Shown here one piece after another: positions 14,586 to 28,799 of a stretch of DNA of 64,000 nucleotides. The translations under genes and the position numbers were made by a program. Numbering within the stretch: the stretch's first letter is position 1; the number at the start of each line of letters is the position of its first letter. The notes under the pieces were generated by a model. It did no database searches. It was not told the DNA's origin and was given only the letters and a program-made list of their open reading frames with translations. Origin of the DNA: Eledone cirrhosa (taxonomy: Eukaryota); contig OZ024745.1 of NCBI GenBank assembly GCA_964016885.1, forward strand, positions 26,474,001 to 26,538,000, in the 5' to 3' direction.

Positions 14586-15102
14586 AATAGATAACGAAGG
14601 AGTTGTGGTAAGGAACCAGATGGACCATAACGCACCAGAGTACTCAATACTTTGTTAGTTTCAGAAGATCCCGTTAAGGGTGAAAGCAGCGATTCTTTGC
14701 TTAAACTTTAATCTGTTATTTTAATAAATATTTGCTCTACGGTTCTTATATATCTGATATATATTTATCCTTATCGAGCCCTCTTTGGATTTTAGTCTAT
14801 ATATATATATACATATATAAATAAATATACACATATATATTATATATATATATACATATATAAATGCACACATACATATATATGTACATATATACACACA
14901 CACTCTCGCATATATATATATAAATAAATAAATATATATATACATATATATTGGAATTGGTATATATATTTATTTATTTATTTATTTATATTTATTTATT
15001 TATTTATATATATTTATTTATTTATATATATTTATTTATTTATTTATTTAGTTATATATATGTGTATATTATTTTTCAAATCTTATATACAAAACATAAC
15101 AA

Positions 15103-15172
15103 TTTCATCTGATGAACGAGCTGGACATTTCTGTACGGATCGTTTAGTTCCCTTAAACATATGGTAATGGAA
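15103..15172 (+). ncRNA. Degenerate type I hammerhead relic in a repeat also present at ~29980-30150
   Basis: tttcat-CTGATGA-long stem II-TAAAC-atatg-GTA-atggaa; stem I pairs but GAAA is mutated to TAAA. Confidence 0.45.
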
Positions 15173-15347
15173 TAAATATATTGTGTTCTTCATTATGTAA
15201 TTAAATAGCTCTATACTACACATACAGCACTCTTCTTTCCTTTACCTTTTCTACGGAAATAATATATAAATATATATATATAAATTTACATACAGTATTG
15301 TATATCGATATATATATATATACATATTTATATATAAATAAGGAGAG

Positions 15348-15422
<75 letters not shown>

Positions 15423-15467
15423 CCTATACATATATATATATATATAAATTTCCATACAGTATTGTAT

Positions 15468-15531
<64 letters not shown>

Positions 15532-15581
15532 TTACATACAGTATTGTATATCGATATATACATATATATATATATATATAT

Positions 15582-15622
<41 letters not shown>

Positions 15623-15684
15623 TATATACATATATATATACATATATATACATACATATATATAAATATATATATATATGTATA

Positions 15685-15759
<75 letters not shown>

Positions 15760-15761
<2 letters not shown>

Positions 15762-15900
15762 AGTCCAGAATTAGCCGTCGAAACGGCTTGAGCTCAGCTG
15801 TCGGGGTCTTACTGGTTCCTATTACCCACTCTACTACCTCAAGTATTGAGTACTTTGGTGCGTTATGGTCCACCTGGTTCCTTACCACATTTCCTTCGTT
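15760..15900 (-). mobile_element. Fold-back family F1, single arm
   Basis: Reverse complement of 63196-63335; flanked by (TA)n. Confidence 0.85.
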
Positions 15901-15928
15901 ATATATATATATATATATATATATATGC

Positions 15929-16026
<98 letters not shown>

Positions 16027-16384
16027 ACATATATATGAGTCAATCGTTTTACGAAGCGTTGAGGAATTTCGTTGTTTTAAAGCATGTTATTTGTTATGTA
16101 CATGCATATATACAGCGTATATAATGTTTTAAATATTCTGTGTGTAAATTACTATTGAGGCACAAATGTACTTGTTTCTATATGCATACGTATTCTTACA
16201 CAAAAGAGTATTTATGAATGTATATATAAGAGAAGCAGGCCTAAAGCAAACAAATTTTGCAATGAATAAATAATTTTGTGTGTTTGCATGTCTCTAGGTG
16301 TATATATATATTTCTGTCTACACACCTCAAAATATGTGTTAGCATATATCCCTTTAAATAAATGTGTAAACACTCACATACACA

Positions 16385-17170
<786 letters not shown>

Positions 17171-18261
17171 CGGAAGACAAAGAACAGACAATTTTAAGAG
17201 GCATCACTTACTCTCTTCCTACTTACTGTTGAAAGCAAACAGTAGCATCACTATGTAGTGAACAGAAATATAGTCTGAATGAAAGGCCTTTTAGTCGTAT
17301 AGCCGAGCTTGGGCCTTTGCCTCGCGACATGCCAGATGCATTTATCCTTAAGGGCCGAGCGAGGACACTGGCTTCATTGAATAGCCTCTTATTCACGGCA
17401 TGACGTGTGCGTTGGCGTGTGCGCGTGTTAATGAGTCTATCTAAAAAACCACCTTCAATATTCAACGAATTACTTATAAGAAAGTCATTGTCTTTTGATT
17501 AATTTATGTCAGTTCTGGTGGAAGATACTCGTCTGTAAATTCTCAGCCCAAGAATAACAAGTTGATAGATAGACAGACTCCAAAGATCACTGTGAAGTAT
17601 TTCATTCTTTGAAATTCTGCTAATTCATCTTGAAAGATGTAATTAAATGTCTGTGATTAATACGAAAAAAAAAAAAAAAATTAAAATACTGATATAAAGC
17701 TGTTAAAATAATAAGGAAAAACACAAAAACAAATTCATATATATATAAGAAAATATATATATATAAAGAGAGAGATAGAGGAGGGAGAGAGGGGGATGGA
17801 GAGAGAGAATATAAAATATAAATATTCCAAGAATTCCACACACTATCTTATTTGTACGACAGTAAGAAGCACACATATACATGCACATACTTACATATAT
17901 ACCTATGTACGTTCATACATACTTACATACATATATATATATACATACATACTTACATACATACATACATGCATACATACATACATGATGGCTGCCCTCT
18001 CGTTGTCGTGTAAGGCCATTGCACGATATACCATTATTAATAATTATTAATTAATTCTATTGTGCAATTCCTGTGCGTGAAGATATTTTTTAAAGTGAGG
18101 AAAGACTGTGCACTGAGCCAATCCCACTCTCTGAGCGACAGTAGCTTTAACCCGAAAGAAGAAAAGATCAAATACATACATACATACATACATACATACA
18201 TACATACATACATACATACATACATACATACTTACATATACACTTACATACATACATAAAA

Positions 18262-18590
18262 TAATTGTCACTCCGTCGGTTACGGTGCGGTTCCAGTTGA
18301 TCAACGGAACAGCTTTCTACTACAATTTACGCGCATGTATCTGAGCGTTCCACAGACACGCATATAATGTACTTAGTTCTCGGGGAGATTTAGTGTGACA
18401 CAGAATGCGACAAGTCAGGCCCTTCGAATTACAGGTACAACTCCTTTTTGCCAATTTAGTGTACAGGTGTGACGTGAAATAAAGTGTCTAGCTCAACGAC
18501 CCAACGTGCCCCCCCCCCTCCTTCCCCCGAATCAAATCCACTAATTTACGACCGTGAGCCGAATACCCTAACCACTAAGTTACCCGTTTT
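18262..18590 (-). mobile_element. CORE-type SINE (same family as 10495-10790)
   Basis: Reverse-complement similarity across the body (..ggcccttcgaattacaggtacaactc..); tRNA-like head on minus near 18590. Confidence 0.65.
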
Positions 18591-18919
18591 CACACATATA
18601 TACATGCATACATATACAAATATAAACATACATTAAAACATACACACCTATTCATGCATTCAACCACATATACACATTGCAAGCACATACAATCATACAC
18701 GCATATGTTTCATAGATACACCAATACATCCATCCATCCATACATACATGCATACGTACATACATATATATGAACATCACCAGAGCGTGTCTCTTGATAT
18801 CCAATATTCGTATCCATATTTTATTGTTACAAGTAATAAATGGATCGTTCTTTTGTAGAGGTTATCTGGGGCTATTGTATGCAATATACTGAAGCTGTGT
18901 ATAATTAGATCCTCGCCAA

Positions 18920-19395
18920 GTTCTGCCTGCACACACTGTCTTGCCGCCAGAGCGGACGCCGGTTTCCCCGGTATGCTGCTCTCAACGACATATTGAGAAG
19001 GAGCCTGATCGCAGCTGGCTTCCCATCACAACTTGAGCAAGAAGGCATAGACCGTGGAGACGGCAAGCTCTTCGATGAAATTACCCTGTTCCCATTTGAA
19101 GGAGGTAGCTCTCTCATCTGTGACAGCCTCCAACTTAGTAGCTTCGGCCACAAACCCCGGTACAGCGACCCGAAATGCAGAGGGAAGGAAGATAAACATA
19201 TACCGGGGATTATACGGCCGCTTTCTCTTCGCACCGGTCGCTGTCGAGTCCACAGGCGTACGTGGACCCTATACTGTCGAGCTCCTCTGTAAGATCGGAA
19301 CGTCAGCAGCTCGTATGAGGAACGTGCCCAGCGAGGTGGGGTGGCTATTGCAGCGGGTGTCGCTGGTCATTCTCCGTGGAATACTTTGCGGTCTT
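18920..19395 (+). mobile_element. CRE-clade non-LTR retrotransposon C-terminal RLE fragment, frameshifted
   Basis: HTLSC..GRRFPRYAALNDILRRSLIAAGFPSQLEQEGIDRGDGK..ITLFPFEGGSSLICD, then AEGRKINIY..FAPVAVESTG..LLQRVSLVILRG; fits the CRE RLE pattern (RH..LND..LEP.GL.R.DGKRPDG..QRLS.AIQRGN). Confidence 0.78.
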
Positions 19396-19529
19396 GACCA
19401 CGGCGGAAGCCTTAATAGCGCCGCGACCTGGGCCCAGAGCCCATTACCATCCGCTTTCACTTTCCTAATCTTCTTTGAGCCCTTGCCTTTCCCTTTTTTT
19501 TCCGTTTTCATAACCACAAAAGACATTTG

Positions 19530-19830
19530 AATTTTTTAAATTCTATCAGAGTCCTGTATCTTAGACTTGGGCAAATGTACTTTCTCGTACTGATGACCAG
19601 TTGCGAATAGAGTATTTTTCTGGATGACACATCCGACATTTCTCCATTCTTTGAACATGCACGGATGTTTCGGTACAGCGTAACCACTTCTATTTTAGGG
19701 AGTTTCTGTTTAATCGGAATCTGTCTAGGATGTTTCGTAATGATTGCATACAAATTGGTTCACTTTCCTCTATAACATATATACCTCCGCTCCGTACAAC
19801 AGGACTATATACTCCGCAATATATTTAGAG
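19530..19830 (-). pseudogene. Decayed RTE-clade LINE C-terminal fragment
   Basis: MSDVSSRKILYSQLVISTRKYICPSLRYRTLI resembles the RTE motif M.D.R.PK.ILY.EL..G.R..GRP.LRYKD.LK. Confidence 0.55.
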
Positions 19831-21223
19831 AACGATGTGCTTGTTGTTCCACAGACACGCTCTCAGCCTTCCACTTGCCAACTAGCCTTACTTCGAACAT
19901 CATTTAGGGAAGTGATTATCTAAATCGTGTCTAACAACACTTCGGATACACGTCTGATATCTACTTTTGTTTGTATTCAGTAATAGTTATTTCTAGTTTT
20001 GTTGATGTGGTTGTTATGGATATAGTCATGATTCTGATGTCGGCCGTGTCTACGTTTGTGGTGGTGGCGTTCGATAGCCTTGATTTTATGAATATATAAG
20101 CAGTAACGTTCTAGTTTTGTTCACCTCCACATATGTATAGAACTACCTTGCCTGAAAGTTTTCTTTTTGATTTAATACAGTAAGGTGCGATCTAAGTACC
20201 CTTGTTGTTATTTTTGCAAGTGGGATGATCACATTGAAGCGCTGTTGTTCACTTGTTGGTTGTGCTGCTGCTGCTGGTGTTGTTGTTGATATTTTTCTTG
20301 TTGCCGTTGTTGTTGTTTACCGCAAAGTCAGTGTTGATGTGGCAGACCTATGATCAAAAGCATTGTGCCCATGTTGAAATATATCTAATTAAATATGTTG
20401 GAAATTTCATTCTGTTTACCCATCCAAAACATTAAATATATGTTATTAAATTTTTACAATGTCCTGAAGCATTTTTCTTGGTAGAATCCCGCTAGCTATA
20501 TACTTTTCATTCACACGTTTCTTTTATAATTCTCTTTATGACTTTCATCTTTTTTATTCGAGTAGATGTTTGTCTCTAATTTCATCTCTTAAATTCCCTA
20601 TTTCAATAGACACATCACAATTGCTATATTTTGACCGCTTCATTTCACTGTTATAGTTAATATGGTACTGTGAGCACCATAGAATATAGATAAAATCTCG
20701 GTGAACTGAATCTACGACCTGGTTTTGACTCCTACTTTCAAGAAATAGATTTTTGGTTGTTGATGAGGTTTAACAGCAGGTCAGCTTTGATTGATCAGAC
20801 GTATAATCAAAGTCGTTCCATCCAAAACCACCACGTCATTTTAGACAATGGTGGCATTGCGTCAAATCTGCTTATTTCAGCAGTACAATGACAGAATCAA
20901 TCTAAGCACTCTTCTTAGTCGTGAATATAGAAAATTAAACTTATCAAAGACGCTGTAAATTCCTGATGATTCCTCTTGGCAATCTCAACACCGCAAAATA
21001 GAAATAACTGTATCCTAAAGAGTGGCCAGAAAATATTTCAGCTCCAAATAGTTACTAACTCTATAAACATCTCAGGAAAACACTCAATAGACGGTTGGAC
21101 CGACTTTGCTACTAATACGAACATACTAGAACGCATCACTAAAAAGCTACAAGACTCATATTTACACATCATGAATAAGGCATGCTAAATCTTCACTCTG
21201 CTTTTTGCTACCGTTTATTATAA

Positions 21224-21406
21224 TTGTTTCTACTTTTGGCACAAGGCAAACAATTACCCAGTGCATTACTGGTACTTTATTTTATCGACTCCGTATGGAT
21301 GAAAGGCAAAGTTAACCTCGGCGAGATTTGAACTCAGATCATAAAGGGACGTAACTATGCTGGAAAGCATGTTCGACCCTCTACCAATACTGCTAATTCA
21401 CCGCCC
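21224..21406 (-). mobile_element. Meta-like SINE (short subtype)
   Basis: Full-length match to family. Confidence 0.82.
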
Positions 21407-21536
21407 CTACCGTTTATTATAATGACTTCTGCCCTGCAGTAATAGCTGATCGCATGCAAAATCTACCCATGATATTCCTGCAATCATCGCTGCTACAAAA
21501 ATATTTCCGACACACAAACTTATTATTAAATAATAT

Positions 21537-21722
21537 GGCGGTGGATTGGCAGTATCGGTAGAGGGTCGGACGCCATGCTTTCCAGCGTGGTTACGTCCCT
21601 TTACCATCTGAGTTCAAATCCCGCCGAGGTTGACTTTGCCTTTCATCCTTACGGGGTCGATAAAATAAAGTACCAGTAATACACTGGGATAATTGCTGGC
21701 CTTGTGCCTAAAGTAGAAACAA
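21537..21722 (+). mobile_element. Meta-like SINE (short subtype), head-to-head with the previous copy
   Basis: ggcggtggattggcagtatcggtagagg A-box region, gttcaaatccc B-box, core, and gtagaaacaattatt tail. Confidence 0.85.
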
Positions 21723-24180
21723 TTATTAAATAATATGAAATATAGTAAAGAATCATTATAACTCCAACCATGTGAGACGTGCTGTCTTTAATACGTCGAC
21801 ACATCAGCGACCCACAGCAGACAGTCGAAGAGCGGCAATTGTCCATATCTTTGTGTTACTCTTGCGTTTTCTAAACAATATATACATATATATATGTGTG
21901 TGTGCGTGTGTAAAGGTAAGAGCAAAAATAACACAACAAACGGTACAGTACATGGAAGAAATTAGTTTATATATATATATACATACAGATAGATATTTAA
22001 TCGGCAACGATACAGATAGCAGAGCTACTATACCTCTTCTATCGATCTCTTTCAGAAATTGATGCGAGGAGCAAAGCCTGAAAATGTGTAAGATTATTCA
22101 ATTTCCAGGGGGGTGGGGTCTTCCGCAGAGTATTTGATGCCAATGCAATCCCAACACCGGCCCTTTCAGATAATATCTCCAAATAATTATACTCAAGTTG
22201 TTGATTATCCACGATTCGGCCTGATCGAGTTAATCAAAGGATTAATACGGTGACAATCAGAGTTGTCGTTCATGTATAGTGTATCTCAATGTGTCTTTTC
22301 TTTCTTAAGACGCAATGCATGTTTGAGTAAGAATTGCCATAGAGCCGTAATGCTTTCTCTTCTCACTTCATTGCTTCATCCTTCTACTTCTTTCACTGTT
22401 ACTTTTTCCAGTCAATACTTTCGGTCATAAATGCAGTCATTTGGACAATCCTGTAATAGAAAAATAGAAAAATAACTGATTAAAATTTATTCTGTCAGCT
22501 CTTCACCTCTGATTGAATTCATGTGTGCGTCAATGAAATAAATATATACGTTAATCGGGCACAGATCTAATAAGAATCTTATAGAAGATAAAACGGAATC
22601 ATTACAAATAAAGGAAAAGAAATGTTGAGTTCTAATATATAATCGCACACTGTTATGTTAGGCATTTTATGTTGGGCATTGTACAGCATGCATTGAGAAC
22701 ATAAATGAAAATATGCTTTGTTAGAGGTGTGCTTTTTATGTTTAATGATCAAATAGGCGTTTTAAATATTGGCACAAGGTAAAATATTTAGATAATATGT
22801 ATAATTGATTAAATCGATCCTAGTACATTACTGGTTATTTGATGGACAGAGTAAAGTTTGTATATAAACGATATTCTGATTTTTTTCATCAGTAGGCCTG
22901 GATGAGCAGACTTTATTCGTGTGTAAACACACACACACATCTACACATCCACCCCTACACACTCACACATACTCTCTCGCACACACACTTTCCCCTATAC
23001 ATATAAATATATATGAGGGCGGTGAAAACACAAAACTGAGTAGAGTGTCGAACTAAGCACTTTTTTTTGTAAAGCGCAACTTTAATTTGTTATTCATATG
23101 ATAGAATAATGTGAAAATTGAACCTTTCAGAAAGACGTCCTATATTATATCAACGCAACCATCAGAATTTCTAACAAAACCTAATGATATCACATATTTA
23201 AAATATACAAATTATCAATATTCATTAAATAGCTGAAATATTATATAACATTACATAAACACACAAACATTAAGAAAAATTATACAGTAGACTCCACAGA
23301 TCAGAACCTCTTCGTACCACCCAGATATAATCAAATTCTTTCCAAGTTGTTTTTCGCTACATGTTTACAATCATATTGGTTTTGTTAATTTCTTTGTGTT
23401 TTGTTTTCATCGTCGTTTTTGCTATTACAATTGAAATTTAAACGTATATGCGTGTGATCAGAGATGTAAAAATGTTATCCCCCATTTCCTCCTATCATAT
23501 TGTGTTCCTGATAAATAGATTTCGTCTACGTTTCGCAGTAACTAGGTTTCGATAACTCCTAAATATATATTATTTTACTTGTGTTTTCATTGTTCAATTT
23601 TTTTTTCTTTTCGTCTTCATTTTGTTCTTACCATAACCCTCCGCCTTTTTTTATTTCCTACTGGGTGGAGTGATTTACTAAACATTTTTTATGACACACA
23701 GGATAGATGATGTTTGCTATTGTAAATGAATAAAGCCCTAACATTTTCAACTGAACTTCCCTGATGGTATTTAGATAGCATCCCAAACGGCCACCCATAT
23801 AATTTTCACACTGGATTGAATTTGTATAACAAGCCTCCATTTAACGGTGTTTCCAATGCCAGGATTGACATATATGCAGACGTTTATGGACAACTCCTGA
23901 AAGGAAAGAAAACACATCTCCGGAAAACAGAACATTTTATTTTGTTTCTTTAATTGTAACATTGTTGCTGTAAACCATCCTTATAACTACATATTATGTC
24001 TGTCTCTATGTATGTAACAATGTATGTATCAATGTATGTATGTATTATCTATCTCTCTATCTATGCATACATATATGTTTATATACATACGCACTCACAA
24101 ATACACACACGTGTGTAAGTGTTCACTTGTGTTTAGTTGACGAACCTGTGTTTAGTTGAAATTTGAAAATTGAATTGAAG

Positions 24181-24278
24181 TAGTTTAATAACAGGGCGTA
24201 TAAACCCCCCAGAACGGGACGCATATTGATGCCCATTTATTCCGTTCTGGGTGTTTTATATTTCCTATTATTAGACTA
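24181..24278. repeat. ~100-bp imperfect palindrome (MITE-like)
   Basis: tagtttaataacaggg..cccagaacgg / ccgttctggg..cctattattagacta. Confidence 0.55.
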
Positions 24279-25087
24279 TTAACTCTTGTTAAACATACGA
24301 AGTCATCTACTAACAATATCCATTTATACTTTGTATTTCACCAAGCGATAATGAGGGACAGAGACCGCTGGAGAGATCTCGTCCATGGATCTCTGGAATT
24401 TTACCCGCCTTAGATAGATAGATAGAAGTGGTCATTCCTTTTAGTTAACGGTGACGTTATAGTAGGAAAAGTACTCTACGTCATGAAACTCATTCATCTT
24501 TGATGTTGAATCCTGTGGCTGTGTATAACTGTGTATGTGTGTAACCGTAATGGTCTAAGTATATACCTTTGTGATTCAACAAATAGAGATCTGTACAATA
24601 AGTACTAGGCTCGATGACATCGACTGCAGATCAATAAAATAGTTTTAAAAATTAAATGTTATGTTTCTGCTGTTTAATTATGGAGGAAAGGCACCGCCCA
24701 TGACCGGAAAATAGTGGAATCAAAGGTGGACTTTATTCCCGGTAAGAATGCATGTCACAGACAGAATTCCGCTAAAGTAACCCAATGTTCGAGTGATATA
24801 GTTAAACCATGCGATATTGTTATACAAAAACTCAGTATAAAACGTGTGGAAAAAAATATCTGAAGGTATCTCATCCAACGCTTTAACAATTCCACTCATT
24901 GAAAACCCTGGAGCATTTTAACGATCATGAAATCTTGGTTGGTGTCGAACTCAGAACTCAGAATGTCGGAAAAATTAACGCAAGGATGTTTCTCCAACGA
25001 TGTAACAATTCTTCCAGAGCAAAGCAGAAGTTTTTCTTTTGTCATAAAAGAAAAAAAAAAACCCACACAGCAACAATAGATAATAAT

Positions 25088-25434
25088 TGGCACAGAGCCA
25101 GCAATTACCCCAGTGTATTACTGGTACTTTATTTTATCGACCCCGTAAGGATGAAAGGCAAAGTTAACCTCGGCGGGATTTGAACTCAGACCATAAAGGG
25201 CCGTAACTCTACCGATACTGCCATTTCACCGCCCTAATAGATAATAATGGTTTCTGATTTAAGCAAAAGGCCAACAATTTTTCGGAAGGGGAAGTCGATT
25301 AAATCGACCCTAGTTCATGAATGGTATTTTATTTTATCGAACCGGTAAGGATGAAAAGCAAAGCTAGACTCGACGGGATTTGAATTCAGAATCGAAAGGG
25401 ATGACCCTTTACCACCTCTGCCAATTCACCGCTC
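25088..25434 (-). mobile_element. Two tandem Meta-like SINEs (short + long subtype)
   Basis: Two cores at ~25120-25190 and ~25320-25390 joined by a TAA-rich spacer. Confidence 0.8.
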
Positions 25435-25707
25435 TAGCATTGATGATGATAATAAAAAATGTTTAATCTTTTCAACTCAGATTTGACCCTACTGTGAATG
25501 AGAAGTTGAAAAATATCATTAGAAAATATTGAGGATTAACATAAGCCCATTTTTCTATCGATATATTAATGTCGAGATATCAATAACGCTGACAATAAAA
25601 CTGAAGTTAATCTGTTAAAAACCTGAATACACAACGTAATAGTGATTTGTAGTTGAAAATTATCTTTATATAATATATACGACCCTTCATTGTGAATAGG
25701 CAAACAA

Positions 25708-25789
<82 letters not shown>

Positions 25790-25828
25790 TACATACACAC
25801 ACACACATATATATACATACATACATTA

Positions 25829-25859
<31 letters not shown>

Positions 25860-25896
25860 CACACACATATATACATACATGCATTCATATATATAT

Positions 25897-25930
25897 ATAT
25901 CATACACCTACGGTAGTAGGTGTATGATAT
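25897..25930. repeat. Perfect 15-bp hairpin, possibly a Helentron/DINE-type terminal stem-loop
   Basis: atatcatacacctac-ggta-gtaggtgtatgatat; the element class is inference. Confidence 0.5.
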
Positions 25931-26206
25931 TCTTAAGGTCCCATTTCGGTCACTCGCGACACCTTCAAAGCTTTGTCACTAATTCAATGTTTGATAGAAT
26001 TGGATGCAGTTTTTTGCACTTTATAGGACCACAGATAAGCTACTTTCTGACATACAAATATTGAAATTTGGTTCAGTAGAAAAAAAGTTACATAAAAATA
26101 AGTGAGGACCAAAAGAGTGTAAGGAACTACATACATAAGTAACGCTTAGTTTGTTTCTAATTTCTAATACATTAAAATAGCGATAGATTGTGCAATAGCG
26201 AATTGT

Positions 26207-26279
26207 GGTCAGGTAGCTCAGTCGGTAGAGCAGCGGACCGGCAATCCGAAGGTCGTGGGTTCGATTCCCACCCTGATTA
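26207..26279 (+). tRNA. tRNA-like gene or pseudogene, anticodon GGC (Ala), non-canonical
   Basis: 73-nt cloverleaf: GGTCAGG/CCTGATT acceptor (2 G-U), GCTC/GAGC D stem, CGGA/TCCG anticodon stem with loop CCGGCAA, GTGGG-TTCGATT-CCCAC T arm, followed by TTTT; has C33 instead of U33. Confidence 0.6.
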
Positions 26280-26397
26280 CTTTTCCTATCTGCACTTCTT
26301 CCTATTATTTATTATTATTATTTAACTTATTTGTTGATAAATATTTTTATTAATATTAATACAATATCCTTGCATTGCCTGAAAAAAAAGTGGATTA

Positions 26398-27598
26398 CAG
26401 GGAAAAATGCGGGCGCATGTAAAGAAATATTCTTAAATTAATAAACCTAGAAAAGTAAAGGACAAGTTATTACACCTGGAAAAGTAAAGGACAAGAAAAC
26501 TTCTTCTTAAAACTTCTTAAAATATTGCAGCTAAAGTCTAAATTTGAAAAAAAATATTTAGATTATAAAACTAAAAATAAAAAATTATAAGTTAATTGTT
26601 AAAAAAATATCACTTTAAAGGACTGGAAAAATAACTGTCTTATAGGGAGAGTTGACTACTGTATACTTAATTTTTTTCTTGGTGTATACAAATTAATCTT
26701 TTTAAAATAAAATTTGTACAATAATTTGTACAATAATTAATTAATAATAATAATAATTAATATGTACAATTTATTAATTTATGTTATAAGATATTTAAAA
26801 ATTTTCACTCTTAATCAAATTATTTTTTTTAAATTTAGTTATAAAATAATGCAGTAAAATAAATCAAAAACAGTGCATCATATAATTGCACTTTTTATGA
26901 GTATTACAGATTTTTTTTATAATATAGTAAAATTCAACATCTCAAGGGGCAAAATTAGGTAAAAGTCAATTCATCAATTATTCATTTATAGTGAATCAAT
27001 CAATTATAGTGAATTCATCAATTCATTAGATGAACTGTTGAATTAGACAATGTTTAATTTTTAATTGTAGTCTAATTTTACTCTACCTAAAAATGTAGAT
27101 TGGTTATTTTGATCTCTGACAGGTCTTAAATTTCATTATTAAACAATTATAATTTGTTATTATTTATCATTACAGTTGGCTCCCTAATTAATTATTTATT
27201 AATTGTTAGTGTCATTTACACGCCAAAATTTTGTTTTATTTGATGTTTATAATTGTCACTCATTTTTTCAGTCCCATTTAGTAAAGTAAAATAAAGTATA
27301 TATATTTAATGACCCAACCATTATGGTGTAAATTAGGATCACAAAATTAAATAAATGATCATAAATTAGTATTATTATCAATTAGAGAGTCAACTGTATT
27401 ATTAGAATTTATCACTTTCTATGTATATTTAAATCAAATATTTTTTATTATTCAAATTTATACTATAGCTGCAATATTTTAAGAAGTTTTAAGAAGTTTT
27501 CTTGTCCTTTACTTTTCCAGGTGTAATAACTTGTCCTTTACTTTTCTAGGTTTATTAATTTAAGAATATTTCTTTACATGCGCCCGCATTTTTCCCTG
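26398..27598. mobile_element. Non-autonomous DNA transposon (Tc1/mariner-type MITE), ~1.2 kb, long TIRs, TA target duplication
   Basis: TA-cagggaaaaatgcgggcgcatg... and ...catgcgcccgcatttttccctg-TA; ~135 bp near-perfect TIR containing a duplicated gaaaagtaaaggacaag motif; AT-rich non-coding interior. Confidence 0.85.
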
Positions 27599-27644
27599 TA
27601 ATGTATATATGTATAAATATATATATTTATACGTATATATATAT

Positions 27645-27702
<58 letters not shown>

Positions 27703-27720
27703 GTACGTATATATATGTAT

Positions 27721-27784
<64 letters not shown>

Positions 27785-28312
27785 GCACATATATATGTGT
27801 GTGTGTACTTCCACAAACACATATACATGTGTATATGCATACACACACACATATATGTGAACCTAATACCACACTGTTCGTACTGCACTCTTTGTAATTG
27901 TTTTTTTTTTATTTTGTTTTTTTTTACTTATATATATATATATATACATATCGAAGGAAGTGTGGTAAGGAACCAGATGGACCATAACGCACCAGAGTAC
28001 TCAATACTTAGGATAGTAGTGTGGGTAATATGGAAATGTTTAACTCCGACGGCATATATATATACCGTACACATATATATTCAAGAATGTGTATTTGAAC
28101 TATCCAATAATTCGTAGTCCGTGCCTCACAAATATCAGATGAAGGCTACTTCCCTTTATAGTCGAGAAATAAAGAAATGATGCAGCAGGACATGTACCTA
28201 CAATTGAAATATTTATAGATGAAAACAATTGATGTTTATATTTGAATACGTGTGTATAACATATAACACAGAACACAGTGTGAACTCGTGTAAATATACA
28301 ACAAATATATAT

Positions 28313-28441
28313 ATGATAAAATGATGCATATATTTCTACATACGTTTACATATATATTTTTATATATTTATTTTTATTTTTATTTATTTTTATTTTTTAA
28401 TTTCATATCCGTATATAAGAATGTGTTTAAATGCATGTATA

Positions 28442-28522
<81 letters not shown>

Positions 28523-28609
28523 AGACGCAGGTACACACACGAACACACACTACAGACACTCTCAAAATGTTTGTGTTTGTGTGTGTGTTTCTGTGTATGT
28601 GTGTGTGTA

Positions 28610-28692
<83 letters not shown>

Positions 28693-28799
28693 ATGCATTT
28701 ACGCACATTCTGAAATTGAAAAATAAAAAATAAATAAATATAGAAATAAATATATAAAAATATATTTGTAGACGTATGTAGAAATATATGCACCATTTT

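Noticed and set aside
17240-17465. Possible RTE RT fragment on the minus strand (GGFLDRL..RLFNEAS)
   Set aside because: Only faint similarity and the catalytic ADD motif is absent; not supportable without a search.
20960-21190. Possible decayed LINE RT fragment
   Set aside because: Motifs are too eroded to assign.
22320-22480. Minus-strand splice-acceptor-like site (ttttctattacag) suggesting a host exon
   Set aside because: All three frames stop within about 50 nt and there is no matching donor or homology evidence.
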